The position numbers and the translations under genes are program-made. The notes under the pieces are model-generated. The model was given only the letters and a program-made list of their open reading frames with translations. It was not told the origin of the DNA and did no database searches. Below are positions 28,801-38,414 of a stretch of 59,608 nucleotides of DNA, one piece after another (the first letter of the stretch is position 1; each line of letters begins with the position of its first letter). The stretch comes from a virus (Duplodnaviria > Caudoviricetes): IMG/VR virus record IMGVR_UViG_3300017540_000002, positions 1 through 59,608 of that record. One strand, 5' to 3'.

Positions 28801-30275
28801 GCGGCGCGATCCGCGTCAGGGACGCAGCGATCAACATGGCGAGGTCGGCGTGGGACGCGGTCAAGAGTTTCTTCGGCATCGCGTCGCCGTCGAAGTTGAT
28901 GCACCAGGCCGGTCTCTGGCTGACCCAGGGCCTCGCGCAGGGTCTCCGGGCTGGCTCGGGGCAGGTTGCGAGCGAGGCGAAGCGCCTGGCGAAGAACACC
29001 TTCACGCAGTACGAGAAGGAGTCGACGCGCCGGTTCCAGCAGTACGCCAAGATGCCGAACGGCATCCGCATCATCAGCGGCGCGTTCAAGGAGGTCGCGC
29101 AGGAGTCGGGGCGGCGGCTGCGCGAACTCCAGGGGGACATCCGGGAGACGCAGGCCAAGATCAAGGGGCTCTCCTCGATCAAGAACCCGAGCCGGTCGCA
29201 GCGCAACGCACTGTCGCAGGCGAAGGACGACCTCAACGAACTCCAGGGCAAGGCCGAACTCGCGACGAAGTACCTGCGCGACCTCGGGGAGAACGCGAAC
29301 AAGGCTGCCGCGGATCAGGTGAAGGCGGTGCGCGACCGGCTGGAGGACGCTCGCAAGAGCCTCTCCGACCTGCGCAAGGAGTCGCAGAAGATGCGCGAGA
29401 GCGTCGCCTCCAGCCTCCAGGGCGCGCTCTCCCTCGGGTCGGTCGTCGGCCAGGACGGGAAGGTCTCCCAGCCGGACCTCAAGAACTACCTGCGCACGAT
29501 GGCGTCGAAGGCGAAGAACTTCGCCGGGGCGCTCAAGAAGTTGGTCGCCGCGGGCCTGCCGCCAGCCCTGGTGCAGGAGATTGCCAGCCTCGGCATCGAG
29601 AACGGCCTCGCCGTCGCGGAGGCGTTCCTCGGGGCGTCCAAGGCCGACCGGAAGGCGATGGTCGCCGACTTCACCGCGTTCAACAAGGCCACCGACAGCG
29701 CTGGCAAGATCGTCGCCGACCAGATGTACGGGGCGGGCATCGACGCCGCCGCCGGCCTGGTGCGGGGCCTCACCGCCGAGCACGCGAAGGTGAAGAAGGC
29801 GGCCGAGACCCTGGCCCGCAACATCGCCGGGTGGACCCGGAAGGCGCTGGGCATCAAGTCGCCGTCGCGGGTGTTCGCCGCGATCGGTGAGCACATCGTC
29901 GAGGGGCTGGAGCAGGGCCTCATGGGCAACGACGCCGAGCGTGCCGCGCGCCGCCTGGCGCAGTCGGTCGTCAACGGCGCGGTGTCCGACGACATGGTGC
30001 AGGCCGGTATCGCCGCGGCGGAGATGTTCGCGAACGGGTTCGGCCGGGGCGAGGTGGCGGTCGCTCCGCCCACGATCACCCCGGTCTCCACGGTGGGCGC
30101 GCTGCCCAGCCGTAGCCAGTTGGCGGGCGGCGGCTCGGGCGGCACGACGATCGTGCTGGAGGAGGGCGCGGTGGTCGTCCACAGTCGGGCCAGCGATCCT
30201 ACGATCGTGGCTGAGCAGGTCGTGGACCGCGTCATCGTCGCCCTGGACGAGCGCGAGCGCGACCGGGCCTACTAG
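25806..30275 (+). CDS. Tape measure protein
   Basis: 1489 aa, helical, with Trp-periodic repeats and GIASPS/GIKSPS motifs. Confidence 0.95.
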   Translation: MARGPKVGDAYIRITADGKSVRRALDKLEADNRKILGKGGNLAGKEWSANFDRVVAQRVRKSFSDLSNATVDGDFSRLIRSHEVVEEGVKRIKRELAGWEKGYVRIGNRLVKLPRDMQSTMRLTREQRLEIEKMLDLFEEQAVIERSRQQIAEGNLRAEKARAQAAKQAAKDALRADRLWRTTAQARARHEKEVLSIGRQVVKQYNDIVKAQQKATEESVRAAERNAKAVERQRNEHDRLASSVRDLGRQVDMMSNKTISWSRRDRAAVEQLRREWELLTINLNSGKFDNRTIIRQLTEVQHKFRDTAVDIDRQSKVIGSKATWLRRFRAELRSIDRDSGRVTKSINAMRSVIAATAQTIGSKLSQSWKRMDSTVRLVLTLIASAAEHVATLGSAVSSAATAVLSSLVYALGIAIPLAAGLVAGLLGVGLAVQAWKSMSEEMASFQRAVERVKDAWSEQAQAFADAWAPALIPFLDSISRLMEVSNLGKTLGGAFAGITDAFSGVINGPGMQAFLTAVQGPLAAGIESFGQGVASVTDGLLWLFAAAAPGFQVLGDMFSQWGGRFSETMQRMAEDGTIADFVDRAINAWQDLMGVIGPLGKALGNIFNVGEESGGRLLERLGNIMERFEEWTSSLEGKNALAEWFKNGETVMGGLGDLIGGVSEALASLVDAGTVARLTDFLSSLGELAPYLADVLRVVSNVNILGALVDALNAVGAAIQPLMPHLEALSLMLGQALGAAITALTPLLMSIGEALVPIMNALMPIVTALLPVLVQLIASLVPVLVPVIELISVVLADALTNLLPIIMAIVQGIQTYLIPIIESLVPVLQNVVGFISALINGDWAAAWDSLTKLVESAWDFIVSLVTNASAFIESIIITAMSALQQNFAKSWEAIKSFAASFWQWLISIAQSGMTSLRTNVSNALANVRTFFSNAWTNIKTAANNFWNSLISAARTQLNNVVTAVKELPTKIKNGLVSIANTGMQIASDFISGVVNGITSGAIRVRDAAINMARSAWDAVKSFFGIASPSKLMHQAGLWLTQGLAQGLRAGSGQVASEAKRLAKNTFTQYEKESTRRFQQYAKMPNGIRIISGAFKEVAQESGRRLRELQGDIRETQAKIKGLSSIKNPSRSQRNALSQAKDDLNELQGKAELATKYLRDLGENANKAAADQVKAVRDRLEDARKSLSDLRKESQKMRESVASSLQGALSLGSVVGQDGKVSQPDLKNYLRTMASKAKNFAGALKKLVAAGLPPALVQEIASLGIENGLAVAEAFLGASKADRKAMVADFTAFNKATDSAGKIVADQMYGAGIDAAAGLVRGLTAEHAKVKKAAETLARNIAGWTRKALGIKSPSRVFAAIGEHIVEGLEQGLMGNDAERAARRLAQSVVNGAVSDDMVQAGIAAAEMFANGFGRGEVAVAPPTITPVSTVGALPSRSQLAGGGSGGTTIVLEEGAVVVHSRASDPTIVAEQVVDRVIVALDERERDRAY

Positions 30276-30283
30276 GAGGCGAC

Positions 30284-32773
30284 GTGTACCGGGGCTACCT
30301 GGAACTGGCGGGCATCGAGGTCATCAACGCGATGCGCACGTACGCCTACGCGCGCAACGCCGGGGTGCGGGTCGAGAACGTCTACGACGCGCCGGACCTC
30401 CCGGCGCTGCTGCTGCACGACGAGTACCGCACCCCAGCGCTGGACGGCGCGCCCTGGTACAACGCGCACGTCCCGGACAGCAACAACTTCTTCGGGTGGA
30501 TGCCGACCGCGCTGACCGGGTTCGACGACGACACCACGCAGGCGACGGCGACGGAACTCGTCAGCGACGGCGGCGTCTCCTCGATCGAGCGGCAGACGTC
30601 CCGCGAGATGCGCGTGAAGGGCGTGCTGGTCGCCAAGGACGAGCACGCCCTGGAGTACGGCCTGTCGTGGCTGCGGGGGGTGTTCGCCTCGGCGAACCTG
30701 CGCGCCGGGTACGAGTGCATGGGGGAAACCCTGACGTTCCTCGCGTCGACGCCGGAGGTGTGCGACGAGGCGATCCCGCCGCTGGAGCCCGCAGGCCCGG
30801 ACACGCCGTACCACGAGTGCCTGGTGGGGTACCTGCGGCAGTTCCACCGGGTGACCACCCTCCAGGGCGTGAAGGTGGTGAAGGAGTTCCCGCGCGACGC
30901 CTGCCCGCGGCTGGTCGAGGTCGAGGTCGTGCTCTCGGCGGGGGTGCCGCACATCTACACCTGGCCGATCGACGTCGGCCGGTCGCAGTTGGAGCCGACC
31001 CTCACGGTCGAGAACCTCGTCCCGAACCCGGCCCCGCAGGCCGGGTCGACGTACGGCTACACCGCCGCCCCGGACGTGACCCTCACCGCGGCGGCGGACG
31101 CCGGGTGGCCGACGAACACCTCGCTGACCGCGGAGTACAGCGGCACCCACAACGGGCAGGAGGTGTGGGTGCAGTCGGCGGTCCTGCCGGGGATCGCGCC
31201 GGGCGAGGCGCACACGATCCTGTTCCACGCCGACACCACCCCGGCTGCCAGCGGCACGCCGGGTGTGCTCTCGCGCCGGGTGCAGGTGCTCTACAAGTCC
31301 GGCGGCGTCTCGCAGACGGTCATCACCTCCCCGGTGCTGCTGCCCTCCACGGGGGAGGCCGACATCCGGTGGGAGTTCACCCTGCCGGTGACCGCCACCG
31401 AGGCTGTCGTCCGCATCCACGCCCACACCGACCGGGTCAAGATCGGCGGGCTGCTGGTGGCGCGCTCGGGCACCCTCGGCGACGCTGGCTTCTTCTACGG
31501 CGGCACCGCCGACGACGGGCACTGGACGTACGAGTGGGAGGGCACGCCACACCAGTCGAAGTCCCTCGCGTACTACAACCCGTCGCCCCCGTTCACCATC
31601 CCCAACGTCGTCTGCGACCCTGACGTCGACCCCGTGGTGCTGCGCCGCAACGGGGCGCGCATCCCCGGCCCGGACGTCAGCAGCACCCTGGGGTGGCTGA
31701 ACGCGGCCTCGGCACCGACCCGCTTCAACGTGGCCCGCGTCTCCTCGGGCACCCTGGCGGCCGACGCGAACGGTTACGCCTCGACGCAGGCGATGCGCTC
31801 GACCCGCACCTCCACCTCCCCCGACGCCCTGATCCTGAGCATGAGGGGCGTCGGTGGGAACGTCGAGGTCGAGCCGCAGCAGCAGACGTACTACTCGGTG
31901 TGGGCGATGTCGACGCAGGCTGGCGCGATCGTCAGCGGCACGGTGGGTTTCTACCCGGCGTCGGGCACCGGCAACATCGGCAGCACCACCCTGGCGAACC
32001 GGACGCTCCCCGCGGCGAACACGTGGTACCGGCTGGACTGGACCTTCACGCCGCCGGTGGGGTGCTACATCTTGAAGGTGGACATGACTGTCAGGGTCGC
32101 GTCGGGCAACGCCCCGAGCGGCAGCCAGGCGTTCCTCTCGTCCGTCCTCGCGGGGCCGACCACCCAGGACAACACGACGTACTTCGACGGCTCGACGCCG
32201 CAGGACGCGACCTACACCTACCGCTGGGAGGGTGCGCTCTACGAGTCGCCGTCGGTGGCGCACGCGCAGTCGTCCGACCCGCTGCGCGACCCGGACTGCG
32301 CCTTCATCCCGCTGCCCCCGCAGCCGCCGATCGTCATGGACGAGTGCCTGGAGTCCCCCGAGGATTGGGTGCGCTACAGCGTGCCGATCCCGGACGACAT
32401 CCCCGGGTACGCCCTGGTGCCGCTGCTCGAACTGTCCTCGGGTGCGGACGCGGTCCGGCAGGTGCGTCTCCGCCTGTACCCGGCCCCGGAGAGCGGCGGC
32501 GCGCAGGCCATCGAGGAGTGCGCCTACATCGGCGAGTGGGTCGTTGCGTACGTGCCGCCCGGCTCGACGCTGGTGATCGACAGCCGCACCCGCACGGCGT
32601 ACGTGGACTTCGGGTCGGACCGCCGCTCGGCGCTGCACCTGCTCCGCGGCTCGGACGGGAAGCCGTTCGTGTGGCCGGTCGCGGAGGGCGGGCGTCCCTA
32701 CTACCTGACGGCCGACTTCGTCCCGGCCTCTGACGACACCTCGGTGCGCGTGTTCGTCGCGGGGAGGACCTGA
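30284..32773 (+). CDS. Minor tail protein (Dit-like with carbohydrate-binding-like insertions)
   Basis: Directly after the tape measure; two YFDG..YxWEG-terminated modules. Confidence 0.8.
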   Translation: MYRGYLELAGIEVINAMRTYAYARNAGVRVENVYDAPDLPALLLHDEYRTPALDGAPWYNAHVPDSNNFFGWMPTALTGFDDDTTQATATELVSDGGVSSIERQTSREMRVKGVLVAKDEHALEYGLSWLRGVFASANLRAGYECMGETLTFLASTPEVCDEAIPPLEPAGPDTPYHECLVGYLRQFHRVTTLQGVKVVKEFPRDACPRLVEVEVVLSAGVPHIYTWPIDVGRSQLEPTLTVENLVPNPAPQAGSTYGYTAAPDVTLTAAADAGWPTNTSLTAEYSGTHNGQEVWVQSAVLPGIAPGEAHTILFHADTTPAASGTPGVLSRRVQVLYKSGGVSQTVITSPVLLPSTGEADIRWEFTLPVTATEAVVRIHAHTDRVKIGGLLVARSGTLGDAGFFYGGTADDGHWTYEWEGTPHQSKSLAYYNPSPPFTIPNVVCDPDVDPVVLRRNGARIPGPDVSSTLGWLNAASAPTRFNVARVSSGTLAADANGYASTQAMRSTRTSTSPDALILSMRGVGGNVEVEPQQQTYYSVWAMSTQAGAIVSGTVGFYPASGTGNIGSTTLANRTLPAANTWYRLDWTFTPPVGCYILKVDMTVRVASGNAPSGSQAFLSSVLAGPTTQDNTTYFDGSTPQDATYTYRWEGALYESPSVAHAQSSDPLRDPDCAFIPLPPQPPIVMDECLESPEDWVRYSVPIPDDIPGYALVPLLELSSGADAVRQVRLRLYPAPESGGAQAIEECAYIGEWVVAYVPPGSTLVIDSRTRTAYVDFGSDRRSALHLLRGSDGKPFVWPVAEGGRPYYLTADFVPASDDTSVRVFVAGRT

Positions 32774-33885
32774 TGGCTCTCGGGCGCGAGGAGCACTCGG
32801 TCGCGCTCGCCGACCGGGGCGGCACCCGGATGCTGGGCTTCCTCGACAGCATCTCGCGCGTGAAGTGGAACCGCATCCGCGACGACATCTCCGAGGCTGA
32901 GGTCATCATCGAGCGGCCCAGCGATGAGTGCATCGAGATTCTGCGGGAAATCGGCACGAGCCGCACCGAGATGGTCATCTTCCGGGGCGGCTCCCGCGTG
33001 TGGGAGGGGCCGATCACGCTGGACCGGCGCACCCGCGACCGCGTGGTGCTCCAGGCGAAGGACGTGATGCACCACGTCTACCGCACGGTGATGAAGAACG
33101 GGTACAGCAACGCCCACCCGAACACGAGCACGGTCGTGCAGCGGGTCGCCCACATCATCACCCAGGAGATGGCCCGCAAGGAGGCGCTGGTCCCGCCGCA
33201 CAACATCCTCCCGCACCTGACGGTGATCGAGGGGGACGAGGGTGCGCGCACCGCCGCGGTGACGAAGCCGTTCGAGATGACCCTGTTCAACCACATCGAC
33301 AACCTCGCGGCCCGCGCCGGGCTGGAGTACACCACGGTGGGGCGGCGGATCATCCTGTTCGACGGCTCGGCCCTGATCGGGCAGACCCCGCCCGTCACGC
33401 AGGACGACATCTTCGGCGAACTGATCGTGACCGAGTACGGGATGGAGGCCGGCACGTACGCCGTGGTGACCGACGGCGAGGGTCAGGCGGGCGAGGTCGG
33501 TGGGCACGACGGCTACTACGGGCTCATCGAGTTGCTCGACAACGCCTACGGCGAGGAGGCCCCCGACGACGACCCGCCGGACGTGAACATCGCGGAGTTG
33601 CGCTCGCAGGCGCGGCGCAACCTCGCGGGGCGCAACCCGGCCCCGATCACGGTGCGGATGCCCGACGGCACGACCCTGAACCCCGATGGGGTGTTCGAGA
33701 TGGAGCATCTCGTGCCGGGGGTGTGGGTGCCGCTCTACGCGAAGGTGCCCGGTCGTGAGATTGCGCAGATGATGCGGCTGGACGAGGTGCGCTTCGAGTA
33801 CACCCCGCAGGGCGAGTCGGTGGCGATCACGCTGTCGCCGCGGCCGTCGGCTGGTGGCGGGACGATCATCGTCGAGGAGGAGTAG
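32773..33885 (+). CDS. Minor tail protein (baseplate hub)
   Basis: WNRIRDDISEA and RVWEGPI motifs; synteny. Confidence 0.8.
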   Translation: MALGREEHSVALADRGGTRMLGFLDSISRVKWNRIRDDISEAEVIIERPSDECIEILREIGTSRTEMVIFRGGSRVWEGPITLDRRTRDRVVLQAKDVMHHVYRTVMKNGYSNAHPNTSTVVQRVAHIITQEMARKEALVPPHNILPHLTVIEGDEGARTAAVTKPFEMTLFNHIDNLAARAGLEYTTVGRRIILFDGSALIGQTPPVTQDDIFGELIVTEYGMEAGTYAVVTDGEGQAGEVGGHDGYYGLIELLDNAYGEEAPDDDPPDVNIAELRSQARRNLAGRNPAPITVRMPDGTTLNPDGVFEMEHLVPGVWVPLYAKVPGREIAQMMRLDEVRFEYTPQGESVAITLSPRPSAGGGTIIVEEE

Positions 33886-33981
33886 CCTCCGCAGGATCGT
33901 GCGGCTCAGCGGCTACCATGCACCCAGGAACGGTGCGCGTCGTAGACGGCCCCTCGGTTCGCCGACCCTCTGGAGTCTGAC

Positions 33982-34599
33982 ATGGCCCGCTCCTGCAACT
34001 GCACCGACTCGTGCTCGTGCGTCATCCTCGCGGGACCGAACGTCGCCGTCACGGGGACCGGCACCCAGGCGAACCCCTACGTCGTCTCGGCCGAGTCGCT
34101 GCGCACCCTGATCGAGGTGGGGGACTCCCCATCGCTGGACCTGACCCTCACGGGCGACGGCACGGACGTCGACCCCTACGTCATCTCGGGCGTCGTCACG
34201 ATCGCGCTCCAGGGCCTCAGCGACGTCGAGAGTGGCACCCCTGACACCGGCGACGTCCCGACGTGGGACGGCACGCAGTGGACCTACTCCCCGCCGTCGG
34301 TGCCGCCCGGCCAGGTGACGGCTGGCGACGGCCTGGCTGGCGACGGCTCGATCCCGAACCCGCTGCGTGTGCGCACCTCCGGCGAGTGGGGCACTGCGCC
34401 GCTGGACACCGGCAACCAGGACGACGGCCTGCTGGTCTACCTCGACTCCACCGGCGCGCTGCGCGCCCAGCAGCCTCCCCCGGTCCAGTGGAGCGCGATC
34501 CAGGGCATCCCTGCGGGCGTCGGCCGAGTCATCTGGGTCTCGACCAACTCGCCCACCTCCGGCGACGGCGCGAACGGCGACGTCTGGATCGAATACTGA
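33982..34599 (+). CDS. Minor tail protein
   Basis: Repeated TGxGTxxxPYVIS; C-terminal GANGDVWI. Confidence 0.75.
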   Translation: MARSCNCTDSCSCVILAGPNVAVTGTGTQANPYVVSAESLRTLIEVGDSPSLDLTLTGDGTDVDPYVISGVVTIALQGLSDVESGTPDTGDVPTWDGTQWTYSPPSVPPGQVTAGDGLAGDGSIPNPLRVRTSGEWGTAPLDTGNQDDGLLVYLDSTGALRAQQPPPVQWSAIQGIPAGVGRVIWVSTNSPTSGDGANGDVWIEY

Positions 34600-34600
34600 C

Positions 34601-35632
34601 ATGGCGGTCACCTGGGGGTCCGGCAGTGGGTCGAGTAACCCTCATTACGTAGGCATCGACTACTCGATCAACTCTGCGCGCACGCAGATCACGTGGGCGT
34701 TCTACGTGCGCGCCACCTACCCGGTCTCGGACAACCAGACACTGACGCTGACGGGTGCGCTCAGCGGATCGTACAACTACTTCAAGGACGGCCCCGCTCA
34801 GCAGCACATCGTCACCCGCACGCAGAACGTCTCCCCGGGCCAGACCACCTCCGTAGGTGCCAAGGTCTCGGGCGTGTACAACGGGGGCACCCCGTCGCAC
34901 TCGCGCAGCGTCACGGTCCCCCCTGTGGTTCCGAGCGCACCGGGCACGGCATCGGTGACGTCGCTGGGGTCGACGTCGGCGTCGGTGACGTGGAATGCGC
35001 CGTCGAACAACGGCGGCTCCCCGATCATCGAGTACCAGCACCAGCGGGCTCGCAACTCGTCCTTCACGTCCGGCGCTGTGGCCTACACGCAGACGAGCCG
35101 GTCCAAGACCCATACGGGCCTGGACCCCGGCACGACGTACTACGTGCGCACGCGGGCTCGGAACAGCGCCGGGTGGAGCGGCTGGTCGGGCACGAGGTCT
35201 TTCACCACCGACCCGCTGCCGCCGCTCGCACCGGGCGGCACGTCGGTGTCTCTGGTCGGCAACCAGCCCCGCATGGAGTGGAGCGCTGCGGCGACCCGCG
35301 GCACCCCTGTCACGGGCTACCAGTTGCAGCGTGCCTACAACTCGTCCTTCACCAGCGGTGTTGCGACGTCGGCCACGCTGGCGGCGAGCGCCCGCAGTTA
35401 CACCTTCACCGGCACGTTGACGCCCGGCAGTACCGTCTACATGCGGGTGCGGGCGAACTCGGCCGCTGGCTGGGGCGCGTGGTCCACCGTGCGGTCGGTG
35501 CTCATCCCTGGCGGCGTGTGGGCGAAGGTGTCGGGGTCGTGGCGGCGCGGCGAGACGGTGTGGGTGAAGGTCAGCGGGTCGTGGCGGCAGGGCCGCGTCT
35601 ACGTGAAGGTCGGCGGATCATGGAGAGGGTGA
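34601..35632 (+). CDS. Minor tail / receptor-binding protein with two FN3 domains
   Basis: WNAPSNNGGSPI..GLDPGTTYYVRTRARN; three VKVSGSWR-like C-terminal repeats. Confidence 0.85.
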   Translation: MAVTWGSGSGSSNPHYVGIDYSINSARTQITWAFYVRATYPVSDNQTLTLTGALSGSYNYFKDGPAQQHIVTRTQNVSPGQTTSVGAKVSGVYNGGTPSHSRSVTVPPVVPSAPGTASVTSLGSTSASVTWNAPSNNGGSPIIEYQHQRARNSSFTSGAVAYTQTSRSKTHTGLDPGTTYYVRTRARNSAGWSGWSGTRSFTTDPLPPLAPGGTSVSLVGNQPRMEWSAAATRGTPVTGYQLQRAYNSSFTSGVATSATLAASARSYTFTGTLTPGSTVYMRVRANSAAGWGAWSTVRSVLIPGGVWAKVSGSWRRGETVWVKVSGSWRQGRVYVKVGGSWRG

Positions 35633-35814
35633 GCAGGGTGACCGAGAAGTACAACCTGGGCGAGGTTGATACGGAGGACCTCAACACGGAGGTGCTCGAC
35701 GCAGAGGGCGTCGAGCAGCACGAGCAGCACGTCCACGACCAGCCGCCGGCGGGCTTCGAGCCCGACTCGGACGCGCTCGCGGACCCCGACGAGCCGGAGG
35801 AGTGGCAGGGATGA
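35629..35814 (+). CDS. Small acidic hypothetical protein
   Basis: Coupled on both sides; the start could be 35638. Confidence 0.6.
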   Translation: MSRVTEKYNLGEVDTEDLNTEVLDAEGVEQHEQHVHDQPPAGFEPDSDALADPDEPEEWQG

Positions 35815-36641
35815 TGGTCTCGCCCGTCAAGGGCTATCTCAGCAGCGGGTACGGCACCCGGAACGGCGTCAAGCACGCCGGGGTGGACATCGCCACCGGC
35901 GGTGTCGCTGCGCCCGTCTACGCGGCGTTCGGCGGCACCCTGAGCAACATCGTCCGGGGCCGCAAGCGGTACCAGCCTGCCAGCCAGGGGCCGGTGGTGG
36001 CCCCGGGGCGCTCCGGCGACGGCGGTCAGGTGCGCAACCCGGACGGGGAGCGCCAGGTCTACATCCATGTCCGCTTCCTGGAGAAGTGGAAGAACGGCGA
36101 CCGCGTGGAGGCCGGTGACCTGCTCGGGTACGTGAACCTCTCGGGCAACACCAGCGGCTACCACCTGCACTTCGAGTGCTGGAACAAGAACGGGGTCACC
36201 CGGAACCCGCTGATCGACTTCCGCGCGTTCGGCCTGGCGGTCGGCGAGACCCCGCGGCCCCCGAAGAAGGACACCGCCCCGGCGAAGCCGAAGCCGACGA
36301 CGCCGAGCAAGCCGAAGGGCTACAGCAAGGCGGTCGAGGACTGGCAGCGCCGCCTCAACTACTACGCGAAGGCCGGGCTCTACGTCGACGGCGTCGAGGG
36401 CACCGTGTCGAAGCGGTGGCGGGCGTGGGTGCGGGAGGCGCAGGCTGCGCTCAACAACTACAACGGGGTCCGGGGGAAGGTCGTCATCGACGGCGACTAC
36501 GGCCCGAAGTTCCGCGATCAGGTCAAGACTGTGCAGCGCCGCAACGGCCTGTACCCGGACGGGGTCATCGGTCCGGTCATGATCGCCTGGATGCGGCGGC
36601 AGGGCAGTCGCATCAGCAACAGGCCCAGCAACCGGCCCTGA
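35811..36641 (+). CDS. Endolysin (M23 peptidase plus peptidoglycan-binding repeats)
   Basis: HAGVD and HLHFE zinc motifs; LYVDGVEG, IDGDYGP and LYPDGVIGP repeats. Confidence 0.9.
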   Translation: MMVSPVKGYLSSGYGTRNGVKHAGVDIATGGVAAPVYAAFGGTLSNIVRGRKRYQPASQGPVVAPGRSGDGGQVRNPDGERQVYIHVRFLEKWKNGDRVEAGDLLGYVNLSGNTSGYHLHFECWNKNGVTRNPLIDFRAFGLAVGETPRPPKKDTAPAKPKPTTPSKPKGYSKAVEDWQRRLNYYAKAGLYVDGVEGTVSKRWRAWVREAQAALNNYNGVRGKVVIDGDYGPKFRDQVKTVQRRNGLYPDGVIGPVMIAWMRRQGSRISNRPSNRP

Positions 36642-36655
36642 GACGGAGAACCATC

Positions 36656-36988
36656 ATGGTCGCCATCGACATCGACATCATCACGGTCATCAACTGGCTG
36701 GTCGCGTTCGGCATCCCGCTGCTCGTGGGGCTGATCGGCCGGAAGGTCAAGGAGAGCCTCGGCCGGGTCATCCTGCTGCTCGTGCTCAACGCCGTGCAGA
36801 CCGGGCTCGGCGAACTCGTGCGCGCCATGCAGGAGGGCACCACGTGGTCCTTCGGCACCTGGCTGTTCACGCTGCTCGGGGCCATCGCGCTGTCCACCGG
36901 CTCCTACACCGGCATCTGGAAGCCGACGGGCGCTGCCGCTGCCGCACAGGGCAAGACCGGCCGAGACTCGGTACCTGACGCCGCGTGA
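36656..36988 (+). CDS. Holin
   Basis: About 3 TM segments; directly after the endolysin. Confidence 0.75.
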   Translation: MVAIDIDIITVINWLVAFGIPLLVGLIGRKVKESLGRVILLLVLNAVQTGLGELVRAMQEGTTWSFGTWLFTLLGAIALSTGSYTGIWKPTGAAAAAQGKTGRDSVPDAA

Positions 36989-37479
36989 ACACCCGTTACG
37001 AACGTCCGATCCGCGACCGCCCGTTGGAGGTGGCCGCGGGTCTGATGTTCATGGCAGCCGGGATCATCATGCTCGCGAGCATGATCTTCACCGGCTCGCC
37101 GAACTTCGCCCCGCGCTACCTGCGGGAGGCGGCCGACTGGATCGTGGTGCTCTACGCCACGCTCGCGCTGGCCGGGGGGCTGCTGATCCTCCACGGCCTG
37201 CGCGGGCAGGCGTACGGCGACTCGTTCATCGGGCGCTGGGAGGAGGCCATCGGCCACATCCTCATCGCTGGCATCGGGGCGACGTACGCCTGGGACCTCA
37301 CCCTGGGGGGCTTCTCGGCTCCAGGGAACACGTTGCTGCTGGCGTTCCTGTTCGGGCTCATGACCGGCTCCACGGTGCGAGCGGTCGTGCAGATCAGGCG
37401 GAACTTCCTTGCGGCGCGCGTGCTGTCTGAGGTCGTGGCTGAGCAGGAGAACGGAGACCACGGGCCGCGGAACGCCTGA
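36985..37479 (+). CDS. Membrane protein (4 TM, lysis cassette)
   Basis: Hydrophobic segments; GTGA-coupled. Confidence 0.75.
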   Translation: MNTRYERPIRDRPLEVAAGLMFMAAGIIMLASMIFTGSPNFAPRYLREAADWIVVLYATLALAGGLLILHGLRGQAYGDSFIGRWEEAIGHILIAGIGATYAWDLTLGGFSAPGNTLLLAFLFGLMTGSTVRAVVQIRRNFLAARVLSEVVAEQENGDHGPRNA

Positions 37480-37488
37480 CGGGGGAGC

Positions 37489-37944
37489 ATGGACAGCGGA
37501 GTGGTCATCGGAGTCCTTGGACTCCTGCTGGGGTCTGGCGGCATCGCCAGTTTCTTCGTCGCGCGCGCACAGGCGAGGAAGGTGCACGCGGAGGCCGAGA
37601 AGGTCGAGGTCGACACCGACGTCGTCGAGCAGAAGGTCCGGCCTGAAATCGACGCGATCGTGGCGGACACGCTCGGCAAGACGGCGACGACGCTCTCGAC
37701 GGAGAACCAGCGGCTCGTGAAGCGGCTGGTTGATGCTGACGCCACGATCGAGCAGCAGGCCCGCACGATCCGCGAGCAGGCCGTCACGATCGACAAGCAG
37801 AACGACACGATCACGGACTACCGCCGACAGGTGTCCGAGTTGACTCGGAAGTTGGCCGCGGCGGAGTCGATGCTCAACGACGTGCGCAACCAACTCACGG
37901 CGCTCCAGCGGATGTACCCGGACCCTCCGGCGGCGACGGTCTGA
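37489..37944 (+). CDS. Membrane-anchored coiled-coil protein (lysis cassette)
   Basis: N-terminal TM segment followed by heptads. Confidence 0.8.
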   Translation: MDSGVVIGVLGLLLGSGGIASFFVARAQARKVHAEAEKVEVDTDVVEQKVRPEIDAIVADTLGKTATTLSTENQRLVKRLVDADATIEQQARTIREQAVTIDKQNDTITDYRRQVSELTRKLAAAESMLNDVRNQLTALQRMYPDPPAATV

Positions 37945-37950
37945 GGGCAT

Positions 37951-37990
37951 ACGAAAGCCCCCCACCAGCGGTGCTGATGGGGGGCTTCGT
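37951..37990. terminator. Bidirectional terminator at the convergence of the two arms
   Basis: ACGAAAGCCCCCC...GGGGGGCTTCGT. Confidence 0.75.
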
Positions 37991-38011
37991 AGTCGCCACG
38001 GTGGTGACTAC
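37989..38011. repeat. 23-bp palindrome copy 15
   Basis: Abuts the terminator; supplies the stop of 38008..38265. Confidence 0.95.
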
Positions 38012-38265
38012 GTCGTGGACGGGACGGTGGGTGTGGCGGTGAACTCGACCTCGAAGGTCGCGTCCAGGAGGGTGACCTCACCGGCGTTGTCGATGACCTC
38101 CACCTCGTCCGGGCGGGCGACCCCGACGGTCAGCCTGTAGGGGGTCGTGCCGAAGAACTTGTCGGCGAGCAGGAAAGCCTTCTCGACGCAGGAGACGAGG
38201 TTGGGGCCGCTTGTGACGAACCGCAGGCCCTCGCGGGTCAGTTGGAAGGGTCGGTCTGCGGACAT
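38008..38265 (-). CDS. Hypothetical protein
   Basis: AAGGAGG RBS. Confidence 0.75.
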   Translation of the reverse strand: MSADRPFQLTREGLRFVTSGPNLVSCVEKAFLLADKFFGTTPYRLTVGVARPDEVEVIDNAGEVTLLDATFEVEFTATPTVPSTT

Positions 38266-38414
38266 GTGTCCTCCTTCGGGCGACCGCGGGTGATGACCGA
38301 GTGCTGGGTCGCCTTCATGTGGCGCTCGATCTGTGTCTCCACGCCGGCGCGGGCGCGGGGGTCCGGCTGCCAGTCGCAGCCGTCGCAGGTGTGGGTGTAG
38401 ATGACCTCGATCAT
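38238..38414 (-). CDS. Small Zn-binding hypothetical protein
   Basis: MIEVIYTHTCDGC...HMKATQH; ATGA-coupled. Confidence 0.65.
   Translation of the reverse strand: MIEVIYTHTCDGCDWQPDPRARAGVETQIERHMKATQHSVITRGRPKEDTCPQTDPSN

Noticed and set aside
9470-30235. Long antisense and alternative-frame ORFs (e.g. 11617..14556, 14814..16967, 20365..22518, 25782..27980)
   Set aside because: They are shadows of real genes caused by high GC3; they are Arg/Gly/Pro-rich and lack motifs.
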